Shown in pieces: positions 1 through 9,003 of a stretch of 32,233 bases of DNA (position 1 is the first letter of the stretch; each line of letters begins with the position of its first letter). This DNA comes from an uncultured Bacteroidales bacterium (lineage in GTDB: Bacteria > Bacteroidota > Bacteroidia > Bacteroidales > CAIWKO01). The DNA lies in assembly GCA_964512865.1 (NCBI GenBank), contig CAZELC010000002.1:1-32233 (forward strand), read 5' to 3'. Below the pieces are notes generated by a model that saw only the letters and a program-made list of their open reading frames with translations, was not told the DNA's origin and did no database searches. The translations under genes were made by a program, and so were the position numbers.

Positions 1-339
1 GGTATGAAAAGCCTTAGTATTGCCGATTATCCGATTTATGTTTTTAAAACTAATTATTCAAAGAAATTTTATATAGAAAACCTCAATCGTCTTGTTTCAG
101 AAGGTCAATTTAATAATCTTTCACTTATCCTTAATGCAGCTGAACCTATATACTTAGGCTATAGCTACAAATACAAGCAACCAGGCAATTATAGCAATTC
201 TTACGGCTATGGTTACGGATATGGGTTTGGTTACGGATTTGGTTATGGCTATGGCTATTTTGATGAAGAATCAGCTGCTCCAAAGAAAAAATCTTTCAAA
301 GACAAAGTACTTATCGCATTGAGATTAAAGAAGAAATAA
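1..339 (+). CDS. C-terminal fragment of a polysaccharide-biosynthesis tyrosine autokinase (Wzc/BY-kinase-like), 5' end outside the window
   Basis: The frame-1 ORF is open to the window edge. 'ADYPIYVFKTNYSKK...NNLSLILNA' resembles the end of a P-loop BY-kinase domain. It is followed by the Tyr-rich tail 'YSYKYKQPGNYSNSYGYGYGYGFGYGFGYGYGYF', like a Wzc autophosphorylation cluster. The neighbouring genes are rfbC and a WecA-like initiating transferase. Confidence 0.6.
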   Translation, partial: GMKSLSIADYPIYVFKTNYSKKFYIENLNRLVSEGQFNNLSLILNAAEPIYLGYSYKYKQPGNYSNSYGYGYGYGFGYGFGYGYGYFDEESAAPKKKSFKDKVLIALRLKKK

Positions 340-347
340 AGCGAAAA

Positions 348-896
348 ATGGAAAAAATCCCTACTGAAATACCTGATGTATTTATTGTACGTCCTGATGT
401 TTATGAAGACCAACGCGGATATTTTTTTGAATCATATAATAAAGCAAAATTTGTAGAACTTGGGATTGATTTTGAATTTGTTCAGGATAATCAGTCGCTT
501 TCTGAAAAAGGAGTTTTAAGAGGATTGCACTTTCAAAAATACCCGCATGAACAAGGTAAACTGGTGAGAGTCATTCAAGGTGCTGTAATGGATGTTGCCG
601 TTGATATAAGGAAAAACTCTCCCTATTTCGGGAAACATATATCTTGCGTTTTAACTGAAAAAAATAAACTCATGTTATGGGTGCCGCCGGGATTTGCTCA
701 TGGTTTTCTGACACTTGAAGACAATACTGTTTTCTCCTATAAATGCACTAAACAATATAATAAAGAATCTGAAAGTATTATCAGATTTAATGATCCTGAA
801 CTTAATATAAATTGGAATATCGAAAACCCCATAATGTCGGAAAGGGATAAAAATGCTTCTTTCTTTAAGGATATAGACTTTTGGAATTATTGTTAA
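348..896 (+). CDS. rfbC: dTDP-4-dehydrorhamnose 3,5-epimerase
   Basis: 182 aa with RmlC cupin motifs 'DQRGYFFESY', 'RGLHFQ', 'GAVMDVAVDIR' and 'PPGFAHGF'. Confidence 0.93.
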   Translation: MEKIPTEIPDVFIVRPDVYEDQRGYFFESYNKAKFVELGIDFEFVQDNQSLSEKGVLRGLHFQKYPHEQGKLVRVIQGAVMDVAVDIRKNSPYFGKHISCVLTEKNKLMLWVPPGFAHGFLTLEDNTVFSYKCTKQYNKESESIIRFNDPELNINWNIENPIMSERDKNASFFKDIDFWNYC

Positions 897-905
897 TCAA
901 AATTA

Positions 906-1985
906 TTGGATGTGTATAATACCAGCTTTTATTGGATAATTGTGTACGTGTCTTTTTTTGCAGGTGCTATTCTGTTCTCATTTCTTATTAATGGATTATT
1001 TCTGAAGTTTTCCAGAAACCTTGGCACTCGTAATACTGATGAGAGTATGATTAGATGGAGTACTCAAACAAAACCTGCTTTTGGAGGTATTTCTTTTTAT
1101 ATAATATTCTTATTATCAATTGCCTCATTTTCATTTTTCTTTATTAAAAATGATTACTTTCTTAATCTTGGTTTTCTCGGAATGTTTATCTCTATCACCC
1201 TTGGTTTTTTGATGGGACTTGCCGACGACTCCTATAATACAAAAGTTTGGATTAAATTCCTGACACAACTCGGATGTGCAATTATATTAATACTTACAGG
1301 AACATATATCCATATTTTTGAAAATATTTATATCGATTATTTTATTACAATTATTTGGGTTGTAGGGATGATGAATTCAATAAATATGCTTGATAATATG
1401 GATGGTATTACCACTACGGTATCAGGATTTATATTTATTTCAATTTTGTTGAAACTATTGCTGTTCCAAAACTTTGAAGATCCTACAGTTTTTATTCTAC
1501 TGGGCATAATTGGCGCACTTACAGGCTTCTTATACTACAATTGGAATCCTTCCAAAATGTATATGGGTGATACGGGAAGCCAGTTTTTAGGAATTTTTCT
1601 GGCTATATACGGGATATTATATTTTTGGAATTCTAAAAGTTTTGATGGTAATGAAGATAGTGCATATAAGCAAATAATTGTGACTGTTGTAATGTTTTCC
1701 TTGCCAATAATTGATACAACAACTGTATTTGTTAAAAGAATAAGAAACGGGAAATCGCCATTTATAGGCGGTAAAGACCACACCACTCATCATCTGTCTT
1801 ATTTAGGGCTTTCCGACAGAAAGGTTGCCGTTACTTATGCATTGATTTCTTGTGTATCGCTTGTTCTTTCTTTAATTGCATGCCTGATTATTAACTGGAC
1901 ATGGGTTTACACAGTTTTGTATGCACTTTATTTTTTGGTTCTTTTTATTGTCCTTTTTTATATTGCAAATAAAAATGTCAAGTAA
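906..1985 (+). CDS. MraY/WecA-family (GT4) undecaprenyl-phosphate sugar-1-phosphate transferase
   Basis: Polytopic membrane protein with family motifs 'GLADDSYN', 'MNSINMLDNMDGI' and 'GDTGSQFLG'. The start is uncertain: TTG at 906 or GTG at 912. Confidence 0.85.
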   Translation: MDVYNTSFYWIIVYVSFFAGAILFSFLINGLFLKFSRNLGTRNTDESMIRWSTQTKPAFGGISFYIIFLLSIASFSFFFIKNDYFLNLGFLGMFISITLGFLMGLADDSYNTKVWIKFLTQLGCAIILILTGTYIHIFENIYIDYFITIIWVVGMMNSINMLDNMDGITTTVSGFIFISILLKLLLFQNFEDPTVFILLGIIGALTGFLYYNWNPSKMYMGDTGSQFLGIFLAIYGILYFWNSKSFDGNEDSAYKQIIVTVVMFSLPIIDTTTVFVKRIRNGKSPFIGGKDHTTHHLSYLGLSDRKVAVTYALISCVSLVLSLIACLIINWTWVYTVLYALYFLVLFIVLFYIANKNVK

Positions 1986-3000
1986 TAACAATCTTTCATT
2001 TATTAAAAAAGCAATAATAGTTAGTACTTCATGTATAATAGTATTAGTGTTTGTTGCAGCTACTTATAAATATCTGAAAATTGAATCAAACGATAAAGAA
2101 TATTATAATGCATTCAACAGAAATTATAAGATATTTAGTGTAGAGGTGCCCAAAACACTTTCTTTTGCAGGCGAAAATGTTCCTGTTGATAAATATTATG
2201 TAAGAGAATCTCTTGAAAGAGAATTGATTGTCAACACCTACTGGAACTCAAATACATTGCTTTTGTTTAAAAGAGCTTTTCGTTTTTTCCCGGTCATTGA
2301 GCCAATTCTTAAACAAAATGGAATTCCCGATGATTTGAAATACGTAGCATTAATCGAAAGTGGGCTCGAAAATGTAACATCGCCCGCCGGCGCAGCTGGT
2401 TATTGGCAGTTTATGAAAAATACAGCTACAAGTTATGGACTTGAAATTTCTGATGAAATAGATGAGCGATTAAATATTGAGAAATCAACTCAGGCAGCAT
2501 GTAAGTATTTTTTGGCTGCTTATAAAACATATAAAAACTGGACACTTGCAGCTGCTTCATATAATATTGGAATGGGAGGCTTAAGTGAACAAATAAAAAC
2601 ACAAAAAGTTGATAATTATTACGATCTGCAACTTAATAAGGAAACGATTAGATATGTTTATCGTATTCTTGCAGTAAAAACCATTTTCCAGAATCCCTCA
2701 AAATATGGCTACTACATCCGTATTAAAGATTTGTACCCGCCGATTCCTTTTCAATCAATTACAATTGATTCTGCAGTTTCTGATTTTCCGAAATTTGCTA
2801 TCGACAATAAGATAAATTTCAGGGTTCTTAAAGACCTTAACCCATGGTTGTTAAAGACCAGTCTTAAAAACACAGCAAAAAAACAATATTTAATAAAAAT
2901 CCCGATTAATTCATGCGTTAGCTATGATAGTTTGTTATTAAGAGTAAAAAACACCCATAATTTGTTTAATGATACTTTGAGTGTTGATATGATTAAATAA
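1975..3000 (+). CDS. Membrane-anchored lytic murein transglycosylase (SLT domain)
   Basis: Catalytic-Glu motif 'LIESGLENVTSPAGAAGYWQFM' plus 'AASYNIGMG', with an N-terminal hydrophobic anchor. I prefer ATG 1975 (MSSNNN...) to the longest-ORF start at 1921, which would overlap the upstream gene by 65 nt. Confidence 0.8.
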   Translation: MSSNNNLSFIKKAIIVSTSCIIVLVFVAATYKYLKIESNDKEYYNAFNRNYKIFSVEVPKTLSFAGENVPVDKYYVRESLERELIVNTYWNSNTLLLFKRAFRFFPVIEPILKQNGIPDDLKYVALIESGLENVTSPAGAAGYWQFMKNTATSYGLEISDEIDERLNIEKSTQAACKYFLAAYKTYKNWTLAAASYNIGMGGLSEQIKTQKVDNYYDLQLNKETIRYVYRILAVKTIFQNPSKYGYYIRIKDLYPPIPFQSITIDSAVSDFPKFAIDNKINFRVLKDLNPWLLKTSLKNTAKKQYLIKIPINSCVSYDSLLLRVKNTHNLFNDTLSVDMIK

Positions 3001-3001
3001 A

Positions 3002-4990
3002 CTAATCGAATATTATTTCGTTTTTATAATCATTAGAATCCGGCACTTGCATAAAATTTTCTTTCTTTTTTAGCATTTCTTTGGCAGGTCCTTTTAAATT
3101 AATCTCAGGTTTTACGCTATTAAATTCAGATTCACTTATCATATTGTGTTCAAGGAGTTTTTCGGATACTTTCTGAAAATGAAAAACCATATAATCCTTT
3201 AGCGATCCGTCATCATTAAATGCATACTTGAACCCTTTCGGACATGGAATTATTCCAGCCAGGAAAATACATTCACTTATACTTAGTTTTGAAACATCTT
3301 TTGCAAAATAAAAATTTGCAGCCTCATTGGCACCATAAACTCCGGGACCCCATTCTATAATATTTAGATATACTTCAAAAAGTCGCTCTTTTGAACAAAG
3401 GCGCAGATTCTCAATTATCCAGACTATACCTGCCTCTTCAATTTTGCGAGATATATTCTTGTTTTTGTTAAGAAATACGTTTTTTACAAGTTGCATTGTA
3501 ATAGTGCTTCCGCCTCTTGCAAAGCGCTTCTCTTTAATATTTGTAACCATTGCTTCCCTGAATGCTGCCGGCAAAAATCCTTTGTGATAATAAAACCATC
3601 CATCTTCCGACATTAATATTGCATTTTGGAGATATAGTGGAACTTCTGAAATAGTCTTAAAATTGGGATTCTCTGGTCCTACCAGAAAGCTTTTAACGGC
3701 AATACCTTTGTCGAAAGCCGTATATTCAAATGTTCCATTAATAATTCTGAAATCAGTTTCACCATATTTTATGATTTTGAAATTAGATGAGGTAAGATCA
3801 GATTCGAATTTTAATGAATCGGGCAGACTCATATCAATATTAAAAAACAAATGAAAATTTAAATTACCCGATGTTTTTATCCCTCTGAAATTTGTAAACA
3901 GCCCATCAGGCAACGAAGAGAACAAGTTCTGAGCAATAAAATCTTTTTTATTAATGGAGAGCGTTATCTGTTTTGAAGGAAGAGGATGATAACAGATATA
4001 TGGATTAAAGTAAAAACTACCTGTACTGACTTTGCTGATACTGTCAAGTTCTATAAAGTCTTTTCCAAAATTAATAGTCAGATCAAAATCAATATTATTA
4101 GATTTTACTGTGTCCTGAGATATTCTTTTATGAAATACCTTAAGACCTGATAAAGAAACTGAGCCATAAGTGCAAAACATATTGCTATAACTGCTTTTCT
4201 TTGAAAATTCCATACGGATTGTATCAGCATTAACAATCAAGCCCCATTTGTAACCGATGAATGGTATATTCTCTGTTTTATTAAGAGGTGTATATATTTT
4301 AAGAAAGATTTTTTGTGTAGATTTTTCAATAGCACTTTCTACAATCCACGATTTTAATGTAGAATCTTCGGAAACAAACACGAAATTTTTTTCTAAATCA
4401 TCTGAAAACCATAACTCATTTGAAAAAACTTTTATATGATGACCTTTTATATTTGCATTGACCAATAACTTCGATATATGCATGTTTGATGGTAATTTAT
4501 CAAATATTGCACGAAATATATTTTCAGCACTTTTTGCATAGTTTTGTTCAATATCTTTTTCGCTGTTCTTTGCAGGATTTCTTTTTTTGTATAAAAAAGA
4601 AAAATTATCTTTTACATCACTTCTGTCAATATTGAGGATAAGGTTCTTAATAATGAAACTGTCAAACGACAATCTTCCTGCAAACAATTTCCAAAATTCA
4701 AGACTTATCTCAACTTTATCGGCGTGAAGGAGATTTGAGTTTTCAGCTTGTTGCAAATCAATTCCATCAATACTAATGCATGTCAATCTTTTTACTGAAA
4801 GTTTATCATATTTTAAAAGTGCACCATATTCCTTATTAAAACTTTTAATTTTATTATCAAGAATTGATCTTATAATAATTCCTCTAAAAATTAAAATCAG
4901 AAAAATAAAACATACAAGGGCAATAATGATTACTTTACTTACCTTTTTATAAAAAATTTTATACAAGAAGTCTAATAAATCTGATATCAT
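3002..4990 (-). CDS. Peptidoglycan glycosyltransferase (GT51 domain) with a long AsmA-like N-terminal region and no transpeptidase domain
   Basis: The C-terminal third carries GT51 motifs 'EDGWFYYHKGF', 'RGGSTITMQLVKN', 'RKIEEAGIVWIIEN' and 'KERLFEVYLNIIEWG'. The N-terminus has one TM helix followed by about 430 aa without motifs I recognise, and its first ~100 aa resemble AsmA/TamB N-termini. Confidence 0.8.
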   Translation of the reverse strand: MISDLLDFLYKIFYKKVSKVIIIALVCFIFLILIFRGIIIRSILDNKIKSFNKEYGALLKYDKLSVKRLTCISIDGIDLQQAENSNLLHADKVEISLEFWKLFAGRLSFDSFIIKNLILNIDRSDVKDNFSFLYKKRNPAKNSEKDIEQNYAKSAENIFRAIFDKLPSNMHISKLLVNANIKGHHIKVFSNELWFSDDLEKNFVFVSEDSTLKSWIVESAIEKSTQKIFLKIYTPLNKTENIPFIGYKWGLIVNADTIRMEFSKKSSYSNMFCTYGSVSLSGLKVFHKRISQDTVKSNNIDFDLTINFGKDFIELDSISKVSTGSFYFNPYICYHPLPSKQITLSINKKDFIAQNLFSSLPDGLFTNFRGIKTSGNLNFHLFFNIDMSLPDSLKFESDLTSSNFKIIKYGETDFRIINGTFEYTAFDKGIAVKSFLVGPENPNFKTISEVPLYLQNAILMSEDGWFYYHKGFLPAAFREAMVTNIKEKRFARGGSTITMQLVKNVFLNKNKNISRKIEEAGIVWIIENLRLCSKERLFEVYLNIIEWGPGVYGANEAANFYFAKDVSKLSISECIFLAGIIPCPKGFKYAFNDDGSLKDYMVFHFQKVSEKLLEHNMISESEFNSVKPEINLKGPAKEMLKKKENFMQVPDSNDYKNEIIFD

Positions 4991-5055
4991 TTGTATCTTT
5001 AGAGGAAATCAGCAGTAAAATTAAATAAAATTAATGTACCAATAAAATTAATGAC

Positions 5056-5775
5056 ATGAAAGCAAAAGTTATTATTCTTGTTTTAACATTATTTTCGTTT
5101 ATATCATTTGCACAAAAGTTAAAACCAGCAGTTCAATTTAACGAAGATCCGCGCACTCATAATGTACATATTTGCTCCGACGGGAAATTCTATTACACTA
5201 TTAATGGTGGACGTGCAAATATGGGAATGATAAAAAAATATGACCTTGATTTTAATCCGGTTGCTACTTATGATATTGAACTTGATATGCGCTCAATAAT
5301 GTATGAGCCAAAAACAAGCAGCTTTTATATTTGCACATTTGAGAGAAGCATTTATAAAATTACAGATATGGCATTCGGAAAATTTGAGCTGCTAAAAGAT
5401 ACACTTTACAAAGAGCCACAGGCTTCATTAGCACTTTCACCTGACGGAAAACTTCTGTACTCACTAAATAAAGGGAAAATTGATGTTTATAAATTTCCGT
5501 CACTTACATTAATTACAACACTAAGTGGAATAGATTGCGGAAAAACTCCTACTCAAGGAAGTTGTGTTTTAGCTGTAGGCAAAAAGTACATTTATACCTG
5601 GAATACCGAATATCAATTGATTTTTATATACAACCTTAAGGGGAAAAAAGTAAAATCAATAGATATTACTGAAGGGAATTATGGCTTTTCGTTGTCATTT
5701 GCTAACGGAAAAATATTTGTTTCTAAAGATGGCAATTACGACGTAGGTAATTGGTATGGTTATGAAATAAAATAA
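5056..5775 (+). CDS. Hypothetical secreted protein, possibly beta-propeller-like
   Basis: Signal peptide 'MKAKVIILVLTLFSFISFAQ'. Blade-like motifs recur: 'CSDGKFYYTIN', 'SPDGKLLYSLN', 'AVGKKYIYTWN' and 'FANGKIFVSKDG'. No family recognised. Confidence 0.6.
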   Translation: MKAKVIILVLTLFSFISFAQKLKPAVQFNEDPRTHNVHICSDGKFYYTINGGRANMGMIKKYDLDFNPVATYDIELDMRSIMYEPKTSSFYICTFERSIYKITDMAFGKFELLKDTLYKEPQASLALSPDGKLLYSLNKGKIDVYKFPSLTLITTLSGIDCGKTPTQGSCVLAVGKKYIYTWNTEYQLIFIYNLKGKKVKSIDITEGNYGFSLSFANGKIFVSKDGNYDVGNWYGYEIK

Positions 5776-5779
5776 AAGC

Positions 5780-5916
5780 GGCTGTCTCAAATCTATATTT
5801 TGCTCAAATTTTCACTCAGTTTTCTATACTGTGAATTATAACAATATATTTAAACACTGAGTTCACCGAGAAGTTCTCTGAGATTTAAGAGAGCTTTTGC
5901 TAATTTGAGACAGCCT
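5780..5916 (+). repeat. Intergenic repeat element, copy 1, bounded by a perfect 13-bp inverted repeat
   Basis: 'ggctgtctcaaat' (5780-5792) is the exact reverse complement of 'atttgagacagcc' (5903-5915), and a T-run follows. The core 5808-5916 aligns by hand to 23818-23924, with about 83 matches over ~109 columns. Confidence 0.6.
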
Positions 5917-5921
5917 GTTTT

Positions 5922-7691
5922 TTAATATATGTTAATCTCGTAAGGCATCCTTGCCTGAACACCTTTCATATTCGAAATATCCTTCAGATACTTAAAATAA
6001 ATGTAATTTTCGCCTAATTCATTTCTGATAATTGACTCTGATGCATTGTCTCCCATCAAATCTTCAATTATCTGTGTAAACGGATCTTTTTGTACAGGTA
6101 AAGCAATTATTTTGTAATCTTTAATTTTGGCGATTTCGGCAGCAATATTTACTGCTTTTTCAAGTCCTCCGAAATCATCAATAAGGCCGATTCGTTTAGC
6201 ATCAACTCCGCTCCAGACTCTTCCCTGACCAATTGAGTCAATCTGGTCAACAGTCATATTTCTCCCTTCAGCAACATGTTTAATAAATGTTTGATAAACA
6301 CTTTCAACACTAAACTGAGTCATTTCTTTTTCATAATTATCCATTGGGCGGAATGTGGAGATATAGTCAGAATGTTTATTTGTTGAAACGCCATCTACAG
6401 TAATTCCAAGCTTATTCTTAAAAAACTTCTGCAAATTAGGAACGACACCAAAAACACCTATTGAACCTGTAATGGTGTTCGGGCTGGCAATTATTTTCGT
6501 TGCTGCACAAGAAATATAATAGCCTCCGGAAGCAGCAACATCGCCCATTGATACAACAACGGGTTTTACTTTTTTCGTAAGCATAACTTCTCTCCATATA
6601 ACCTCAGAAGCCAAAGCAGATCCTCCTGGAGAATTTACCCTTAACACAACAGCTTTTACTGAACTGTCAATTCGGGCCTTCCTAATTGCAGCTGAAATTT
6701 TTGTAGAGCCAATAGTGTTGTCATCTCCTTCTCCGCTTACTATATCACCGCTTGCGAAAACAATGGCAATTTTTTCTTTTGATAATTTAAAATCACCCCT
6801 GAATGTTTTTCTGTACTTTGAAATACTTATAAAGTTTATTTTTTTCTTCTCGCCAATGCCTAGTTTTTCTTTTATTTTTGATTGTACTTCATCATAATAA
6901 GCAAGTTCATCAACAAGTTTAAGAGTTACAGCATCACTTGCGATTCTTACCGACATTTCATCGGCAATTTTATTAAGGTCTTCGGTTGTGAGTTTTCTTG
7001 ATTCAGCAATGCCTTTAACAATATGTTCCCAAATAGTACCAAGGAATTTCAATGTTTGTTCTTTATTAGCTTCGCTCATTTTATCAAGTATCAATGGTTC
7101 TATGGCAGATTTAAATTTTCCGTGCCGAATGATTTGTGGTTCAATTTCGAGCTTATCGAGCATTCCTTTAAGGAACATAATCTGGGCGGATAATCCTTTA
7201 AATATCACACCACCTTCCGGGTTAAGAAATATTTTATCAGAAACAGTTGCCAAATAATATGCTGATTGTGATAACCCTTCGCTATAGCAGTATATGAACT
7301 TCCCGGATTTTTTAAACTCTATAAGCGCATTTCTAATTTCCTCAATAGTAGCTATACCCGCAGAAATATTACTTAATTCAAGATAAATACCCTTTATTTT
7401 ATTATCAGAAGCGGCATTTTTTATTGTTCTTAAGATCTCTGCAAGTCCCGGCGCCTGTTTTGCCTTAAAGCTGCCAAAATTCATATTGCTGAAAGGGTTA
7501 TTTGGTGTCCTGTCGGAAATTGGCTCATCAAGTTTTAATGTAAGAACAGAATTTTCTTTGACAACAACTACATCTTTCTTTGCCAGTGAGGCAGCAGACA
7601 TGATAATTCCAAGGAAAATAAAAAAGATAATAACCCATGTCAGAAAGAATCCCAACATTGAGGCAAACATAAATTTAAAAAACTGTTTCAT
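5922..7691 (-). CDS. sppA: Signal peptide peptidase SppA, 67K type
   Basis: 589 aa with an N-terminal TM helix and duplicated ClpP/crotonase-like domains. Motifs include 'LRVNSPGGSALASE' and 'ASGGYYISCAA'. Confidence 0.9.
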   Translation of the reverse strand: MKQFFKFMFASMLGFFLTWVIIFFIFLGIIMSAASLAKKDVVVVKENSVLTLKLDEPISDRTPNNPFSNMNFGSFKAKQAPGLAEILRTIKNAASDNKIKGIYLELSNISAGIATIEEIRNALIEFKKSGKFIYCYSEGLSQSAYYLATVSDKIFLNPEGGVIFKGLSAQIMFLKGMLDKLEIEPQIIRHGKFKSAIEPLILDKMSEANKEQTLKFLGTIWEHIVKGIAESRKLTTEDLNKIADEMSVRIASDAVTLKLVDELAYYDEVQSKIKEKLGIGEKKKINFISISKYRKTFRGDFKLSKEKIAIVFASGDIVSGEGDDNTIGSTKISAAIRKARIDSSVKAVVLRVNSPGGSALASEVIWREVMLTKKVKPVVVSMGDVAASGGYYISCAATKIIASPNTITGSIGVFGVVPNLQKFFKNKLGITVDGVSTNKHSDYISTFRPMDNYEKEMTQFSVESVYQTFIKHVAEGRNMTVDQIDSIGQGRVWSGVDAKRIGLIDDFGGLEKAVNIAAEIAKIKDYKIIALPVQKDPFTQIIEDLMGDNASESIIRNELGENYIYFKYLKDISNMKGVQARMPYEINIY

Positions 7692-7789
7692 AATTATATT
7701 TTTTTAGATTAATATTGTATTGCAATTTTAAGAAAAAATCTTAAAATTGACGAATAAAGGTAATAATTTGTTACATATAAAATTATATT

Positions 7790-8308
7790 ATGAATAAAGT
7801 ATATTTTTCATTAGGCAGTAATAAAGGAAATAAGGAAAAAAACCTTTATCAGGCTATAACCTATATCAGAGAATTTATAGGCGATGTGAAGGATTATTCT
7901 TCTGTTTATGAAACTGAACCTGCCGGGTTTATATCATCAGATAATTTTTATAATATGGTTCTCTATGTTGAAACAGAGAAAAATGCTGAAGAAGTATTAA
8001 ACAAATCATTACAGATTGAAAGTTGCATGGGTCGAATCCGGACACTCTCAACCGGTTATGAATCAAGAGTTATTGATGTTGACCTGCTTTTTTTTAATGA
8101 TGAAATAATTAACACAGAATCATTAATTGTTCCGCATAAAAAAATACTGGAAAGAAATTTTATTTTATTTCCACTCTCTGAGATAGCAGCTGATGTAATC
8201 CATCCTATTTATAATAAAACTGTTGATGAGCTTACTCGTATTTGTGAAGATAAAAATTTTATAACCCTTTTTAAACACAAAAAAAGGCTGTATTTCTATG
8301 GTTTATAA
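7790..8308 (+). CDS. folK: 2-amino-4-hydroxy-6-hydroxymethyldihydropteridine diphosphokinase (HPPK)
   Basis: Motifs 'YFSLGSNKGN', 'YETEPAG', 'IDVDLLFF' and 'VPHKKILERNFILFPLSEI'. Length is typical at 172 aa. Confidence 0.9.
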   Translation: MNKVYFSLGSNKGNKEKNLYQAITYIREFIGDVKDYSSVYETEPAGFISSDNFYNMVLYVETEKNAEEVLNKSLQIESCMGRIRTLSTGYESRVIDVDLLFFNDEIINTESLIVPHKKILERNFILFPLSEIAADVIHPIYNKTVDELTRICEDKNFITLFKHKKRLYFYGL

Positions 8309-8930
8309 TTATATTGCAATTGAAGGAAATATTGGTGCAGGGAAAACAACACTTTCTTCTAAGATGGCTGAAAATTTTAATGCAAAGCTTATATTAGAAC
8401 AATTTGAAGAAAACCCATTTCTTCCAAAATTTTATGAAAATCCATCAAGATATGGTTTTCAGGTTGAGCTTACTTTTCTGGCAGAAAGATTCCAGCAACT
8501 TACAAAGCAACTTACCGACAGGGATATTTTCAAATCATTTACTATTTCTGATTATTTTATTTACAAATCGTTGATTTTTGCTGGGCAAAACCTTGTTGAA
8601 CCTGAACTTTCACTTTATACCAGATTATTCAATATAATTACATCCCTGCTTCCATCTCCCGACCTTCTTGTTTATCTTTATGTAGACATTGATAATCTTA
8701 AAAAAAATATTTTGAAGCGGGGCAGAAGCTATGAGCAGAAAATAGAAGCTTCATATTTGGAAAAAATCAATAAGGGCTATTTTGATTATTTTCGCCAGCA
8801 GCAAGATAAAAGAATATTAATTGTTGATGTTAATAATCTCGATTTTCTGCATAATAAGAATGATTATAATAAAATAGTGGACTTGATTCTTGCAAAGCAT
8901 GAAATAGGAATCCACCGAGTAATTTTATGA
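8298..8930 (+). CDS. Deoxynucleoside kinase
   Basis: P-loop 'IAIEGNIGAGKTTL', 'ENPFLPKFY' and the dNK-type lid 'LKRGRSYE'. It overlaps the folK stop by 11 nt. Confidence 0.85.
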   Translation: MVYNYIAIEGNIGAGKTTLSSKMAENFNAKLILEQFEENPFLPKFYENPSRYGFQVELTFLAERFQQLTKQLTDRDIFKSFTISDYFIYKSLIFAGQNLVEPELSLYTRLFNIITSLLPSPDLLVYLYVDIDNLKKNILKRGRSYEQKIEASYLEKINKGYFDYFRQQQDKRILIVDVNNLDFLHNKNDYNKIVDLILAKHEIGIHRVIL

Positions 8931-8951
8931 TTTTTTTTAAATGGAGAACAT

Positions 8952-8986
8952 AAAAAAAGCCCGTGAATTAATTCACGGGCTTTTTT
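8952..8986. terminator. Bidirectional intrinsic terminator between convergent genes
   Basis: The palindrome 'gcccgtgaatt|aattcacgggc' (8959-8980) is flanked by an A7 run upstream and a T6 run downstream. Confidence 0.75.
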
Positions 8987-9003
8987 GCAATACGAGTTTT
9001 CAA

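Noticed and set aside
181-270. Short tandem repeat that could be read as a microsatellite or a degenerate CRISPR-like array
   Set aside because: The period is 6 nt and in frame, it encodes the Gly-Tyr/Phe tail of the kinase, and there are no spacers. It is coding low-complexity sequence.
2990-3015. Possible terminator hairpin at the 1-nt convergent junction
   Set aside because: Only a 4-bp stem ('cgaa'/'ttcg') can form, which is not credible as an intrinsic terminator.
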